A DNA stretch of 60,843 nt from positions 1 to 60,843 of the forward strand of contig DASSPF010000041.1 in the NCBI GenBank assembly GCA_035699805.1, in the 5' to 3' direction. A program made the position numbers and the translations under genes. Each line of letters starts with the position of its first letter. Position 1 is the stretch's first letter. This document shows, piece after piece, positions 18,846 through 27,789 of the stretch. The notes below the pieces were generated by a model. The model was not told the origin of the DNA. It worked only from the letters and a program-made list of their open reading frames with translations, and made no database searches. The stretch comes from Candidatus Limnocylindria bacterium (lineage in GTDB: Bacteria > Chloroflexota > Limnocylindria > P2-11E).

Positions 18846-19856
18846 ATGCGCGTCTTCGTCACCGGGGCCACCGGATTCGTGGTGGGTGCGGTCGCCCGCC
18901 GGCTCATCGCGCGCGGGGATGGCGTGCGCGCTCTCGTGCGCGATGCGCGCCGCGCGAGCGGTCTCGAGGGCGCCGAGCTGGTGTACGGCGACCTCACGAG
19001 CGAGGACGCCCTGCGCGCGGGGATGCGGGGTGTGGACGCGGTCATCCATGGCGCGGCGATCTACGAGATCGGTGTCGGCCCGGCGCGCCGGCGCGCGATG
19101 CTCGAGACGAACGTGCGCGGCACCGGGCGCGTGCTCTCCACGGCCATGGCCGCAGGCGTCACCCGCGCCGTGTACGTATCCACGATCGCCGTCTTCGGCA
19201 ACACCCGCGGTGCCATCGTGGACGAGACGTTCGTGCGCACCGACCCGACGTACACCTCGTACTACGAAGAGACGAAGGTGCTCGCGCATCACGTCGCGCT
19301 CCGGTATGCGGCCGACGGCCTGCCGCTCGTCATCGTGCAGCCGGGCCAGGTCTACGGACCGGGCGACCACTCCGGGTTCGGCCGTCTCCTCTCGGCCGTC
19401 GCGCGCGGCCGCCTTCCGGCGGTGCCGTTCCCGGAGCTCGGCCTCAACCTCGCCTTCCGCGACGACATCGCGGACGGCATCGTCCGCGCGCTCGACCACG
19501 GGACGCTCGGGCGGAGCTACGTGCTGGGCGGCGAGATCGTCCGCGTCGGTGACGCGGTCGCCACGCTCGCCGACGTGCTCGGTCGTCCGGCGCCGCGGTG
19601 GAGCGTTCCGCCGGCGCTCCTCGAGCTCGCGGCGCTGCTGCGGCCGCGGCTGCGCGAGGTCATCACATCGGCCAGGGACGTGACGTTCTGGGCCAGCGAT
19701 GCACGGGCCCGCGCGGAGCTCGGCTACGCACCCCGCGACCTGCGGACCGGTCTCGCCGACACGTACGCGCCGACCGCCGGTGGTCGTCCGCCCGGCCCTC
19801 AGCGCTCCTCTTCGTCGTCGTCCGACTCGTCGTCCGACTCGAACTCGTCCGAATAG
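18846..19856 (+). CDS. NAD-dependent epimerase/dehydratase (extended SDR)
   Basis: The N-terminal Rossmann motif is MRVFVTGATGFVVG, and a YxxxK motif (YEETK) is present. The Ser-rich C-terminal tail overlaps the convergent gene. Confidence 0.85.
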   Translation: MRVFVTGATGFVVGAVARRLIARGDGVRALVRDARRASGLEGAELVYGDLTSEDALRAGMRGVDAVIHGAAIYEIGVGPARRRAMLETNVRGTGRVLSTAMAAGVTRAVYVSTIAVFGNTRGAIVDETFVRTDPTYTSYYEETKVLAHHVALRYAADGLPLVIVQPGQVYGPGDHSGFGRLLSAVARGRLPAVPFPELGLNLAFRDDIADGIVRALDHGTLGRSYVLGGEIVRVGDAVATLADVLGRPAPRWSVPPALLELAALLRPRLREVITSARDVTFWASDARARAELGYAPRDLRTGLADTYAPTAGGRPPGPQRSSSSSSDSSSDSNSSE

Positions 19857-20119
19857 AACCCGAGCTCCTCGCCCTTGAACACGGTGACGAGGAAGTCCTC
19901 ACGCTCCGGGTCGTGCGTTTGGACGAGCTCCTCGTCCAGCTGGTCGATGAGCTGCTGGAGCTCGTCGTCGGTGAGCGCGACGTCGAGGATGAGCGTGCCG
20001 TGCACCTCGAAGCGTCCGTAATGGATGTCCACACGGCCGATACGCCGCGCGCCGCCATAGACGGTGAAGATCTCGCTCGACTCGGTGCGGAGCGTCCGCT
20101 CGAAACGCGCTGCTTCCAT
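19799..20119 (-). CDS. Small hypothetical protein with a strongly acidic C-terminal tail
   Basis: A 106-aa ORF with normal composition except for the tail SDEFESDDESDDDEEER. I recognise no family. Confidence 0.5.
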   Translation of the reverse strand: MEAARFERTLRTESSEIFTVYGGARRIGRVDIHYGRFEVHGTLILDVALTDDELQQLIDQLDEELVQTHDPEREDFLVTVFKGEELGFYSDEFESDDESDDDEEER

Positions 20120-20219
20120 CTCCCTCGACTGTATCGTGACCGCGGCAGGGTGATGCGCGAAGGGGCCTGGGCGACCTAGACTCAGCGGCCACGCGAAATC
20201 TCAGGCTGGGAGTGGGGGA

Positions 20220-21509
20220 GTGACGAGCGCGGCGGCACCCGAGAACGTCTGGGCACCCAAGCCGGAGCAGGCGGCTCCGCTCGCGCCGGCCGCGGTGGAG
20301 GAGACGGGCCTCACGCCGCCGTTCATCGCCGAGCTCGCGCTCAAGCTCCTGTACCAAAAGGGGCAGTCCACCGCGCAGGACCTGAGCGACGCGCTCTGCC
20401 TGCCGCTCGGGAAGATCCTCCAGCCGGTGCTCGACTTCCTGAAGGCCGAGCACCAGGTCGAGGTCAAGGGCGGCGCGGGTGTCGCGGCCGCGACCTATCA
20501 GTACGTCCTGTCCTCGAAGGGCAGCGAGCGCGCGCGCGAGGCCATGGCCAAGAACGGCTACGTCGGACCCGCGCCGGTGCCGCTCCAGGCGTACGTGGCC
20601 CGTGTGAAGCGGCAGACGATCGGCGACCTGGAGGTCTCGCACGAGCAGCTCCGCGAGGCCCTGAAGCACCTCGTGCTCCCGGACCTGACGCTGCTGCAGC
20701 TCGGCCCGGCCATCAACAGCGGCCGATCGATCTTCCTGTTCGGTCCACCGGGGACCGGGAAATCGTCCATCGCCAACGCCCTCGCCTCGCTGCTCCAGGG
20801 CGGCATGGTGGTCCCGTACGCAGTGATCGTGGGTCAGCAGATCATCCGCGTGTACGACGCGTCGCGGCACCACGCGCTCGTCCAGCTCGACGCGCGGTAC
20901 GACCGGCGCTGGATCCCCGTCGCGCGCCCCTTCGTCGAGGTCGGCGGAGAGCTCGTCCTGGAGGACCTCGACCTCGTCTTCGATCCGGCCACGAAGGTCC
21001 ACGAGGCACCGTTCCAGATGAAGGCCGCCGGCGGCGTCCTGCTCATCGACGACTTCGGACGCCAGCGCGTCTCACCGGACCAGCTGCTGAACCGCTGGAT
21101 CGTCCCGCTGGATCGCGACGTCGACTACCTCACCACGGCCGACGGGCGGAAGATCGAGATCCCCTTCGACGTGCTCCTCATCTTCTCCACCAACCGGACG
21201 CCGTCGTCTCTCGTCGATGAGGCCTTCCTCCGCCGCATCCAGTACAAGATCGAGGTCAAGGCGCCCACGTCGAAGGAGTTCTCCGAGATCCTGCGCCGCG
21301 TGTGCGCGACCGAGGGGATCACGTTCTATCCGCAGGCCGCGGACTGGATCGCGCAGTACTGCGACGAGCGCGGCATCGTGCTCCGCTCGTGTCACCCGCG
21401 CGATCTCGTCGCCCACCTCCGCGCGTGCGCCCGCTTCCTGAAGAAGCCGGCCGAGCTCACGCCCGAGCTCGTGCGGCTCTCCTGCGAGACGTATTTCGTC
21501 GCGGTCTGA
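20220..21509 (+). CDS. AAA+ ATPase with an N-terminal winged-helix-like domain (function unknown)
   Basis: Walker A is FGPPGTGKSS, Walker B is VLLIDDFG, and sensor-1 is IFSTNR. The GTG start is at 20220. Confidence 0.8.
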   Translation: MTSAAAPENVWAPKPEQAAPLAPAAVEETGLTPPFIAELALKLLYQKGQSTAQDLSDALCLPLGKILQPVLDFLKAEHQVEVKGGAGVAAATYQYVLSSKGSERAREAMAKNGYVGPAPVPLQAYVARVKRQTIGDLEVSHEQLREALKHLVLPDLTLLQLGPAINSGRSIFLFGPPGTGKSSIANALASLLQGGMVVPYAVIVGQQIIRVYDASRHHALVQLDARYDRRWIPVARPFVEVGGELVLEDLDLVFDPATKVHEAPFQMKAAGGVLLIDDFGRQRVSPDQLLNRWIVPLDRDVDYLTTADGRKIEIPFDVLLIFSTNRTPSSLVDEAFLRRIQYKIEVKAPTSKEFSEILRRVCATEGITFYPQAADWIAQYCDERGIVLRSCHPRDLVAHLRACARFLKKPAELTPELVRLSCETYFVAV

Positions 21510-21519
21510 GCGGGCCCGG

Positions 21520-22740
21520 CTAGCGGCGGCTCGCCACCGTCTCCGCGCGCGCCGTGACACGCGAGCCTGCCTTCGCGGGCGGTGCGCTGGCTTCCGCGTA
21601 CGCCCGCAGCGCCGTGGCGATCGCCTGACCGGGCTCGACGGGCTGGTTGAAGTCCTTGAGCGCGAGCTCGAGGGCGCTGAAGAAGGCCACCATGTCGGTC
21701 ATCGTCACGAAGCCCATGTGGCCCACGCGGAGGAGCTGGCCATCGAGCTTGCCGGTCCCGCCGGCGACGATGGTGTCGTAGTCGTCGCGCAGCACGCGGA
21801 TCAGGTTGCGCGCATCGACGCGTGTCGGCGGCCGGAACGCGGTGACCGCGGGCGATGCGTGCGCCTCGTCGGCGAAGAGCGAGAGGTTCACCGCCTGGAG
21901 ACCGCGCCGCGTGGCGCGGGCGATGTCGCGGTGGCGGCGCAGGATGGACTCGAGGCCCTCCTCGGCCATGAGGCGCAGGCTCTCCTGGAGCGCGATGATC
22001 ACGCCGATCGCCGGCGTCGAGGGGGTCGCGCCCTTTTCGAGCGACGTCTTGTAGCTCATGAGGTCGAAGTAGGCCTTCGGGAGGTCGGAGCGCTCGTACG
22101 CCTTCCAGGCACGCTCGCTCATGGTGACGATCGCGACGCCGGGCGGCGCGCCCCAGGCCTTCTGGGATGCGCTGACGCAGACGTCGATGCCCCACTCGTC
22201 GATCTCCAGCTCGGCCGCGCCGGCGCCCGAGATGCTGTCCACGATGAGGAGCTTGTCGGTCTCACGCACGACCTCGCTGATCTCCTTGAGCGGGTTGAGC
22301 ACGCCGACCGAGGTCTCGTTGTGCTGGAGCAGCACGGCCTTCGCGCCGTCCTTGCCGCGCTCCTTCGCGAGCTCGTCGCGGACCAGGTCAGGATCGACGG
22401 CGCGCCCGAGCGGCACGTCGACGCGGCGGGCGTCGACGCCGTACGTCTTGCAAGCGGTGACGAACTTCTCGCCGAAGGAGCCGTTCACGAACACGAGCAC
22501 CCGGTCACCGCGTGACAGCGTGTTCACGACCGCGGCCTCCATGCCGCCGGTGCCCGACGAGGTGAGCAGGAGGACGTCGCCCTGGGTGCGCAGGAAGTCC
22601 TGGAGCGCGCGCGTCAGGGCGGCGAGCAGCGCGGCGAACTCGGGACCGCGGTGGTTGATCATCGCCCGGGCCGACGCGGCCAGTACGGCCTGCGGAACGA
22701 CGGTCGGTCCGGGGATCCGGAGATTCTGGGGGCGATACAC
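21520..22740 (-). CDS. Class V aminotransferase (alanine-glyoxylate / serine-pyruvate type)
   Basis: The N-terminus is NLRIPGPT, and the PLP-lysine motif is SASQKAWGAPPG. The GTG at 22740 follows GAGGAGA. The upstream part of the ORF overlaps rpe on the other strand. Confidence 0.85.
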   Translation of the reverse strand: MYRPQNLRIPGPTVVPQAVLAASARAMINHRGPEFAALLAALTRALQDFLRTQGDVLLLTSSGTGGMEAAVVNTLSRGDRVLVFVNGSFGEKFVTACKTYGVDARRVDVPLGRAVDPDLVRDELAKERGKDGAKAVLLQHNETSVGVLNPLKEISEVVRETDKLLIVDSISGAGAAELEIDEWGIDVCVSASQKAWGAPPGVAIVTMSERAWKAYERSDLPKAYFDLMSYKTSLEKGATPSTPAIGVIIALQESLRLMAEEGLESILRRHRDIARATRRGLQAVNLSLFADEAHASPAVTAFRPPTRVDARNLIRVLRDDYDTIVAGGTGKLDGQLLRVGHMGFVTMTDMVAFFSALELALKDFNQPVEPGQAIATALRAYAEASAPPAKAGSRVTARAETVASRR

Positions 22741-22782
22741 GGGTGATTTCTCCTCGGGACGTGCTCGACGCATGATGCCAGC

Positions 22783-23445
22783 GTGAAGCTCGCCCCGTCC
22801 ATCTTGTCGGCCGATTTCGCCGATCTCGGCCAGGCCGTCCGGGCGGTCGAGCGTGCCGGCGCCGACTGGGTGCACGTGGACGTGATGGATGGCCATTTCG
22901 TGCCGAATCTCACATTCGGGCCGAAAATGGTGGCGGACCTGCGTCGGGCGACCAGCCTGCCGCTCGACGTCCACCTCATGATCGAGCGGCCGGATGACTG
23001 GGTCGACCGCTATGTCCAGGCGGGCGCGGCGTACGTCGTCGTGCACGTGGAGGCGGTGCAGGACGCGCGGCGGACCCTGGCCCGCATCCGCGAGCAGGGC
23101 GGCCGCGCGGGGCTGACCCTCAACCCAGCCACGCCGGTCGAGGCGCTCCTCCCGTACCTGGGCGAGGTCGACCTCGCCCTGGTGATGAGCGTCCAGCCCG
23201 GCTTCGGTGGCCAGCGCTTCATCGAGAGCGCGCTGGACAAGGTGCGCGTGCTGCGTCGGGCGCTCGACGAGCGTGGCCTCGCCGCCGAGCTGGAGGTGGA
23301 CGGGGGGATCAAGGTGGACAACGCCCGCCGGGTCGCCGACGCGGGTGCGACGGTCCTGGTGGCCGGCTCCGCCGTGTTCGAGGACCCCGACGGGGTCAGC
23401 GCGGCTGTGGGGAAGTTCAACAGGGTGCTACGCGGTCAGGTATAG
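22783..23445 (+). CDS. rpe: Ribulose-phosphate 3-epimerase
   Basis: The sequence MKLAPSILSADFADLG...HVDVMDGHFVPNLTFGP...MSVQPGFGGQ is a canonical Rpe. Confidence 0.95.
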   Translation: MKLAPSILSADFADLGQAVRAVERAGADWVHVDVMDGHFVPNLTFGPKMVADLRRATSLPLDVHLMIERPDDWVDRYVQAGAAYVVVHVEAVQDARRTLARIREQGGRAGLTLNPATPVEALLPYLGEVDLALVMSVQPGFGGQRFIESALDKVRVLRRALDERGLAAELEVDGGIKVDNARRVADAGATVLVAGSAVFEDPDGVSAAVGKFNRVLRGQV

Positions 23446-23490
23446 GCGCGTCGCGCGCGCGGGGCCGCCCGCGCGCTGAAAATCGCGTCG

Positions 23491-23913
23491 ATGGATGCCG
23501 ACCGGGTGCGCCTCTCGATCCTCGTGCGCCGCGCCGCGCCCGAGATCGTCCGCGCCCTGGTCGAGGAGGCCGCGCGCTCTACCAGCGCCGACAGCGCGAC
23601 GGCCGCCGAGCGCCGCGAGCTCCTGGCCGACCGCATCGCGCGCGGTCTGCCGGTCGCGCTCGACGCGATCGCGGCGGACGACGTCCTGCGGTCGCGCCTG
23701 CTCGCCTCGCTCGCCGAGCGCGCGTCGGCGAACGAGCCGGTCGCCATCCCACCGCTCGTGCGTGCCGGGCTGGTGGCCATCGGCCTGCGGCTCGCGCGCG
23801 AGCATCTGGCACGAGCGGTCGCCGGCGAGCCGGGCGCCGACGGCGTCTTGCGCGAGCTCGATACGTATGCGGCGGCCGTGCGCGAGGCGATCGCGCCGTA
23901 CGTGCGCTCCTAG
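23491..23913 (+). CDS. Hypothetical protein (Ala/Arg/Leu-rich, helical)
   Basis: It is the only plausible frame in this gap. I recognise no motif. Confidence 0.4.
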   Translation: MDADRVRLSILVRRAAPEIVRALVEEAARSTSADSATAAERRELLADRIARGLPVALDAIAADDVLRSRLLASLAERASANEPVAIPPLVRAGLVAIGLRLAREHLARAVAGEPGADGVLRELDTYAAAVREAIAPYVRS

Positions 23914-23923
23914 CGCGGCGCCG

Positions 23924-24295
23924 TCAGTCCTCGTCGCCGAGCCCGAGCTCCCGTAGGCGCTCGTCGCCGATGCCGAAGTGGTGCGCGATCTCGTGGACGA
24001 CGGTGTCGCGCACGATCTCGGCCTGGCGCCTGGGCGAGCTCGTCATGCGCTCGATCGGCCGGCGGAAGATCGTGATGCGGTCCGGCAGATAGGGCTCGCC
24101 CGCCCCGCGTCCGGTCAGGGGCACGCCCTCATAGAGGCCGAGGAGATCGGATCCATCGTCGGGTCGCTGGTCGTCGCTCGGCTCGTCGTCGATGACGATC
24201 TCGATGTTGCGCATGCGATCGACGAAGAACGGCGGCAGGCCGTCGAGCGCGCGAGCGACCAGGCGGGCGAAGCGCGCGCGCTTGAGGTCGGACAC
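23924..24295 (-). CDS. Small zinc metallopeptidase-like protein (zincin, DUF1025-like)
   Basis: An HExxH motif (VVHEIAHHFG) lies near the C-terminus, with an acidic central region. Confidence 0.75.
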   Translation of the reverse strand: MSDLKRARFARLVARALDGLPPFFVDRMRNIEIVIDDEPSDDQRPDDGSDLLGLYEGVPLTGRGAGEPYLPDRITIFRRPIERMTSSPRRQAEIVRDTVVHEIAHHFGIGDERLRELGLGDED

Positions 24296-24364
24296 GCGCT
24301 GACTCTAGCCGCTGGCATCGCCGTTGCTCATGACGACGGCGACACGCGACAGAAGGAGATGCGC

Positions 24365-24844
24365 ATGGACGCCCTGACCCTCCTCCAGGAGGACCACCAG
24401 AAGGTCAAGAAGCTGATGGGTGAGATCGAGAAGACGACCGAGCGCGGCGTGAAGACTCGCGAGGAGCTCTTCGCCAGGCTCGTTCAGGAGCTCACCATCC
24501 ACGAGCAGATCGAGGAACAGATCTTCTACCCCGAGGTGAAGGCGCAGGCCAAGACCAAGAAGCTCGAGGAGATGGTGACCGAGTCGTTCGAGGAGCACCA
24601 CTTCGTCGACACCGTCAAGGCGGAGATCGAAAGCACCCCGTTCGACGCCGCGGAGTGGGGCGCCAAGTTCAAGGTGATGATGGAGAACATCGAGCACCAC
24701 GCCTTCGAGGAGGAGGAGGGGAAGATGTTCCCCCAGGTGCGGAAGATCTTCTCGAAGGCTGAGCTCGAGGACATGGGCACGCGCATGGCGGAGCTCAAGC
24801 AGCAGCTCCTGGAGGACGCGCCCGCGGAGGCCGGCAGGCGGTAG
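24365..24844 (+). CDS. Hemerythrin-domain protein
   Basis: LLQEDHQKVKKL...IHEQIEEQIFYPE...FEEHHFV...IEHHAFEEE gives His/Glu ligand spacing typical of hemerythrin-like cation-binding domains. GAAGGAG lies upstream. Confidence 0.75.
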   Translation: MDALTLLQEDHQKVKKLMGEIEKTTERGVKTREELFARLVQELTIHEQIEEQIFYPEVKAQAKTKKLEEMVTESFEEHHFVDTVKAEIESTPFDAAEWGAKFKVMMENIEHHAFEEEEGKMFPQVRKIFSKAELEDMGTRMAELKQQLLEDAPAEAGRR

Positions 24845-24854
24845 CCGCGCCGGG

Positions 24855-25457
24855 CTACGCCGCCTCCGCCGTGGCGTAGCGCTCGCGCAGCTTCCGGAGC
24901 GCGCGCGACCGCACGCGGCACGCGCCCGACTCCGACAGCCCGATCTCCATGCCGATCTCGCGGAGCGTCATCCTGCGCGCGTACGCGAGCACGAGGACGC
25001 GCCGCTCGAGCGGCGCGAGACGGCGGAGCGCATCCGCCACGGTCGGCCAGCGAGCGTCCCGCAGGTCGGTCGCGCGCGGCGGCGCGGGGAGATCGCCCTC
25101 AGCGAGCTCGGCGAGGCGTTCGAGCGACACCTCGACCACCGGCTGCGGGATATCCGCGTCCTGGCGCTGCGCCTCCCGGAACGCGCGGCGCTCGGTCCGG
25201 GTGAGCGGGTCCCGCTCGCGCAGCGCGTCGAGCAGCCGGCCGCGGACCCGCCGCGCGGCGTAGGGCCCGAACGGCGCGCCGACGTCGCCGCGGAAGCGGT
25301 GCGCGGCCTGCACCAGCCCCACCACGCCCCAGGCGATGAGATCCTCGCGGTCCGCCCCACGGCAGCGCGGATCGATGGTCCGCGACGCGACCGCCCGCGC
25401 GAAGCCAAGGTGCGCGATGATGCGGTCGTCGACGTCCGGGCGGCTCATGCGCAGCAC
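24855..25457 (-). CDS. Sigma-70 family RNA polymerase sigma factor (group 3, FliA/SigB-like)
   Basis: Region 2 is DLIAWGVVGLVQAAHRF. The region 4 HTH is MTLREIGMEIGLSESGACRVRSRALRKLRE. Confidence 0.8.
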   Translation of the reverse strand: MLRMSRPDVDDRIIAHLGFARAVASRTIDPRCRGADREDLIAWGVVGLVQAAHRFRGDVGAPFGPYAARRVRGRLLDALRERDPLTRTERRAFREAQRQDADIPQPVVEVSLERLAELAEGDLPAPPRATDLRDARWPTVADALRRLAPLERRVLVLAYARRMTLREIGMEIGLSESGACRVRSRALRKLRERYATAEAA

Positions 25458-25505
25458 TCTCCCCCGGCGCCGAACGTATGGACCGTGCGGAGGCGTGTCA
25501 ACGCG

Positions 25506-26054
25506 ATGACCAGCGACTTATCCACGACCGCGGCGCGCTACTTCGAAAGGTACGGATACCCGCAGTGGCTGTGCGACCATTCGCGGATCGTGGGGAGCAT
25601 CGCGGAATTCCTCGTCGCCTCCCGCACCGCGGCCGGCGACCGTCTCGATGCCGACACGGTGGTCCTCGCGGCGTACCTCCACGACATCGGCCGCTCGCCA
25701 CTCGTCTCCGGCGATCCCCGCGAGCACAACGAGCTCTCCGCCCTCATCCTTGCGGCGGAGGGGCTGCACGCCTGCGCGGAGCTCGCGCGCCGCCACCCGA
25801 TCTACGCGGTGCTCGACCCCGGAACGACACCGCGCACGATGGAGGAGAAGATCGTGTTCATCGCCGACCGCCGCGGCGGGATGGCGGTCCAGTCGATCGC
25901 CGAGCGCGCGGCGGACACCGCCGGGCGGCACCCCAAGTACGCGGACGCGATCGCTCGTGCGATCCCGATCGCGCATGGCATCGAGCGCGAGGTATTCGCG
26001 GGATTACCGTTGCTGCCGGCCGAGCTCGCGGCACACGTTGGAGCGCCGCGCTGA
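25506..26054 (+). CDS. HD-domain phosphohydrolase
   Basis: An HD motif (AAYLHDIGRS) and a downstream conserved Asp (FIADRRG). Confidence 0.75.
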   Translation: MTSDLSTTAARYFERYGYPQWLCDHSRIVGSIAEFLVASRTAAGDRLDADTVVLAAYLHDIGRSPLVSGDPREHNELSALILAAEGLHACAELARRHPIYAVLDPGTTPRTMEEKIVFIADRRGGMAVQSIAERAADTAGRHPKYADAIARAIPIAHGIEREVFAGLPLLPAELAAHVGAPR

Positions 26055-27274
26055 CCGAGATCGCGCGCCTTCAGAAGCGCATCGACGATCTGGCGAGGAT
26101 CGGCGGCGACGGCACGTCCGTGTCTCGCCTGGGTCTCACGCCTGAGGAGTCGAAGGCCCGGCAGCTGGTCGCCGACTGGTGCCGCGGCGTCGGCGCGGCG
26201 GTCCGTCGCGACGCCGCAGGGAATCTCTACGCCCACTTCGCCGGCGAGCAGGACCTGGAGCCGTGCGTGCTCGTCGGGTCGCACATCGACTCCGTGCCCG
26301 AGGGCGGCCGCTTCGACGGCGCCCTCGGCGTCTGCTGCGCCGCCGAGGCCCTCGTCTCACTGAAGGACGCGGGGGTGCGGTTCCGGCGTCCGGTCGAGCT
26401 CGTCGCCTGGGCCGACGAGGAAGGCGCGCGTTTTGGTGTGGGCCTCTTCGGGTCGTCTGCGGCGTTCGGGAGGCTTCCCGCTGGCGCGGCCGCGCTGACC
26501 GACAGGAACGGAGTGTCCATCGGTGATGCTCTTCGTGCGATGGGCGAGGCGGGGGACCCGACGAAGGCGGCGCGCGACCCGACGCGGATCCGCGCCTACC
26601 TCGAGCTGCACATCGAGCAGGGCCCGCGCCTGGAGCGCGCCGGCGTGCCCCTTGGGGTGGTGAGCGACATCGTCGGGATCTTCCACGCGCGCGTGCGCGT
26701 GCGGGGACGCGCTGACCACGCCGGCGCCACGGTCATGGGCGCGCGGAAGGACGCGCTGGTCGCGGCGACGGAGCTCGTCGCAGCGCTGGAGCGCATCGCC
26801 TCGGCCGTCCCGGATGCGGTGGGCACGGTGGGCGAGATCGCGGTGCGGCCAGGCGCGAAGAACGTCGTGCCCGGCGAGTGCGTCTTCTCGCTCGACATCC
26901 GTGCTCCCCGGGAGGATGCGATCGATGGCGTGCTGGGCGAGCTCAAGGCGGAGATGGCTCGCGTGATGCTCGCACGGGACGTTCGGATCTCGACCGAGCA
27001 GGTGAACCGCGTGCCGGTCACGCCCCTCGATCGCGACATCCGCAGGATCCTGGCGAGCGCCGTGCACAGCGCCGCGAGGATCGAGCCGCCGGTCCTGGTC
27101 TCGGGTGCGGGCCACGACGCCCAGAACCCGGCGCTCGCAGGTGTGCCGACCGGGATGATCTTCGTCCGCTCTACTGGGGGTAGTCACACCCCGACCGAGT
27201 TCGCCGCGACTGCCGATGCGGCCCTTGGCACCGACGCGCTGGCGCGGGCGATCAAGGAGCTTGCGACGACCTGA
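26051..27274 (+). CDS. M20-family amidohydrolase (allantoate amidohydrolase / N-carbamoyl-L-amino-acid hydrolase type)
   Basis: GSHIDSVPEGGRFDGALGV, WADEEGARFG and ELHIEQGP are typical of the AmaB/AllC family. The start is unresolved. The only start-like codon before the conserved N-terminus is the CTG at 26051, which forms a CTGA overlap with the HD gene stop. The next GTG is at 26120. Confidence 0.8.
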   Translation: MTEIARLQKRIDDLARIGGDGTSVSRLGLTPEESKARQLVADWCRGVGAAVRRDAAGNLYAHFAGEQDLEPCVLVGSHIDSVPEGGRFDGALGVCCAAEALVSLKDAGVRFRRPVELVAWADEEGARFGVGLFGSSAAFGRLPAGAAALTDRNGVSIGDALRAMGEAGDPTKAARDPTRIRAYLELHIEQGPRLERAGVPLGVVSDIVGIFHARVRVRGRADHAGATVMGARKDALVAATELVAALERIASAVPDAVGTVGEIAVRPGAKNVVPGECVFSLDIRAPREDAIDGVLGELKAEMARVMLARDVRISTEQVNRVPVTPLDRDIRRILASAVHSAARIEPPVLVSGAGHDAQNPALAGVPTGMIFVRSTGGSHTPTEFAATADAALGTDALARAIKELATT

Positions 27275-27302
27275 GGCAGCGGGGTCGCCCGGCCCGAGCG
27301 GC

Positions 27303-27332
27303 TGTCTGCCAGTTGACGTGAACTGGCAGACA
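27303..27332. promoter_or_regulatory. 12-bp-arm perfect inverted repeat upstream of the MerR-headed acyl-CoA operon; candidate operator, or alternatively the terminator of the upstream gene
   Basis: TGTCTGCCAGTT-GACGTG-AACTGGCAGACA. A third half-site, ACTGGCAG, occurs at 27350-27357. The spacer contains TTGACG (27313-27318), which resembles a -35 element. Confidence 0.5.
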
Positions 27333-27384
27333 TGGCACAAAACAGACTGACTGGCAGCCGGGGATCCCTCCGGCGCGGGGAGGC

Positions 27385-27789
27385 GTGGTGGCCACAGCGG
27401 TCGGGCACTACCGCATCGGTGAGCTCGCGGCCCGGGTGGGGCTGACCGAGCGCACCATCCGCTACTACGAGGAGCTCGGCCTCCTCGAGTCGGTGAAGCG
27501 GCTCGAAGGCGGCGTCCGCGTGTACACCGACGACGACGTCCGGCGGCTGCGCTACATCCGCAAGCTGAAGACGCTCGGACTCTCGCTCCAGGAGATGGCC
27601 GAGCTCGAGACGATGTACCGCCGGCACCGCTCCAACCGCGCGGTACTGCCCAGGCTCATGGAGCTGCTCGACGCGCACCTCGACCGGCTGAACGAGCGCA
27701 TGAGCGAGCTCGGCGCGCTGCGCGACGAGATCCGCTCGTATCGCGAGCACGTGGCTCGACGCTTGCTCGAGGAGAGGGCCAGTGACTGA
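27385..27789 (+). CDS. MerR-family transcriptional regulator (LiuR-like context)
   Basis: The N-terminal HTH is YRIGELAARVGLTERTIRYYEELGLL, followed by a coiled-coil dimerisation helix. It is the first gene of the acyl-CoA operon. Confidence 0.88.
   Translation: MVATAVGHYRIGELAARVGLTERTIRYYEELGLLESVKRLEGGVRVYTDDDVRRLRYIRKLKTLGLSLQEMAELETMYRRHRSNRAVLPRLMELLDAHLDRLNERMSELGALRDEIRSYREHVARRLLEERASD

Noticed and set aside
22741-22782. An ATG at 22773 as the aminotransferase start, leaving only 9 bp to the divergent rpe gene.
   Set aside because: The GTG at 22740 has a proper GAGGAGA Shine-Dalgarno and gives the family-typical N-terminus. The ATG at 22773 has no RBS. It remains uncertain.
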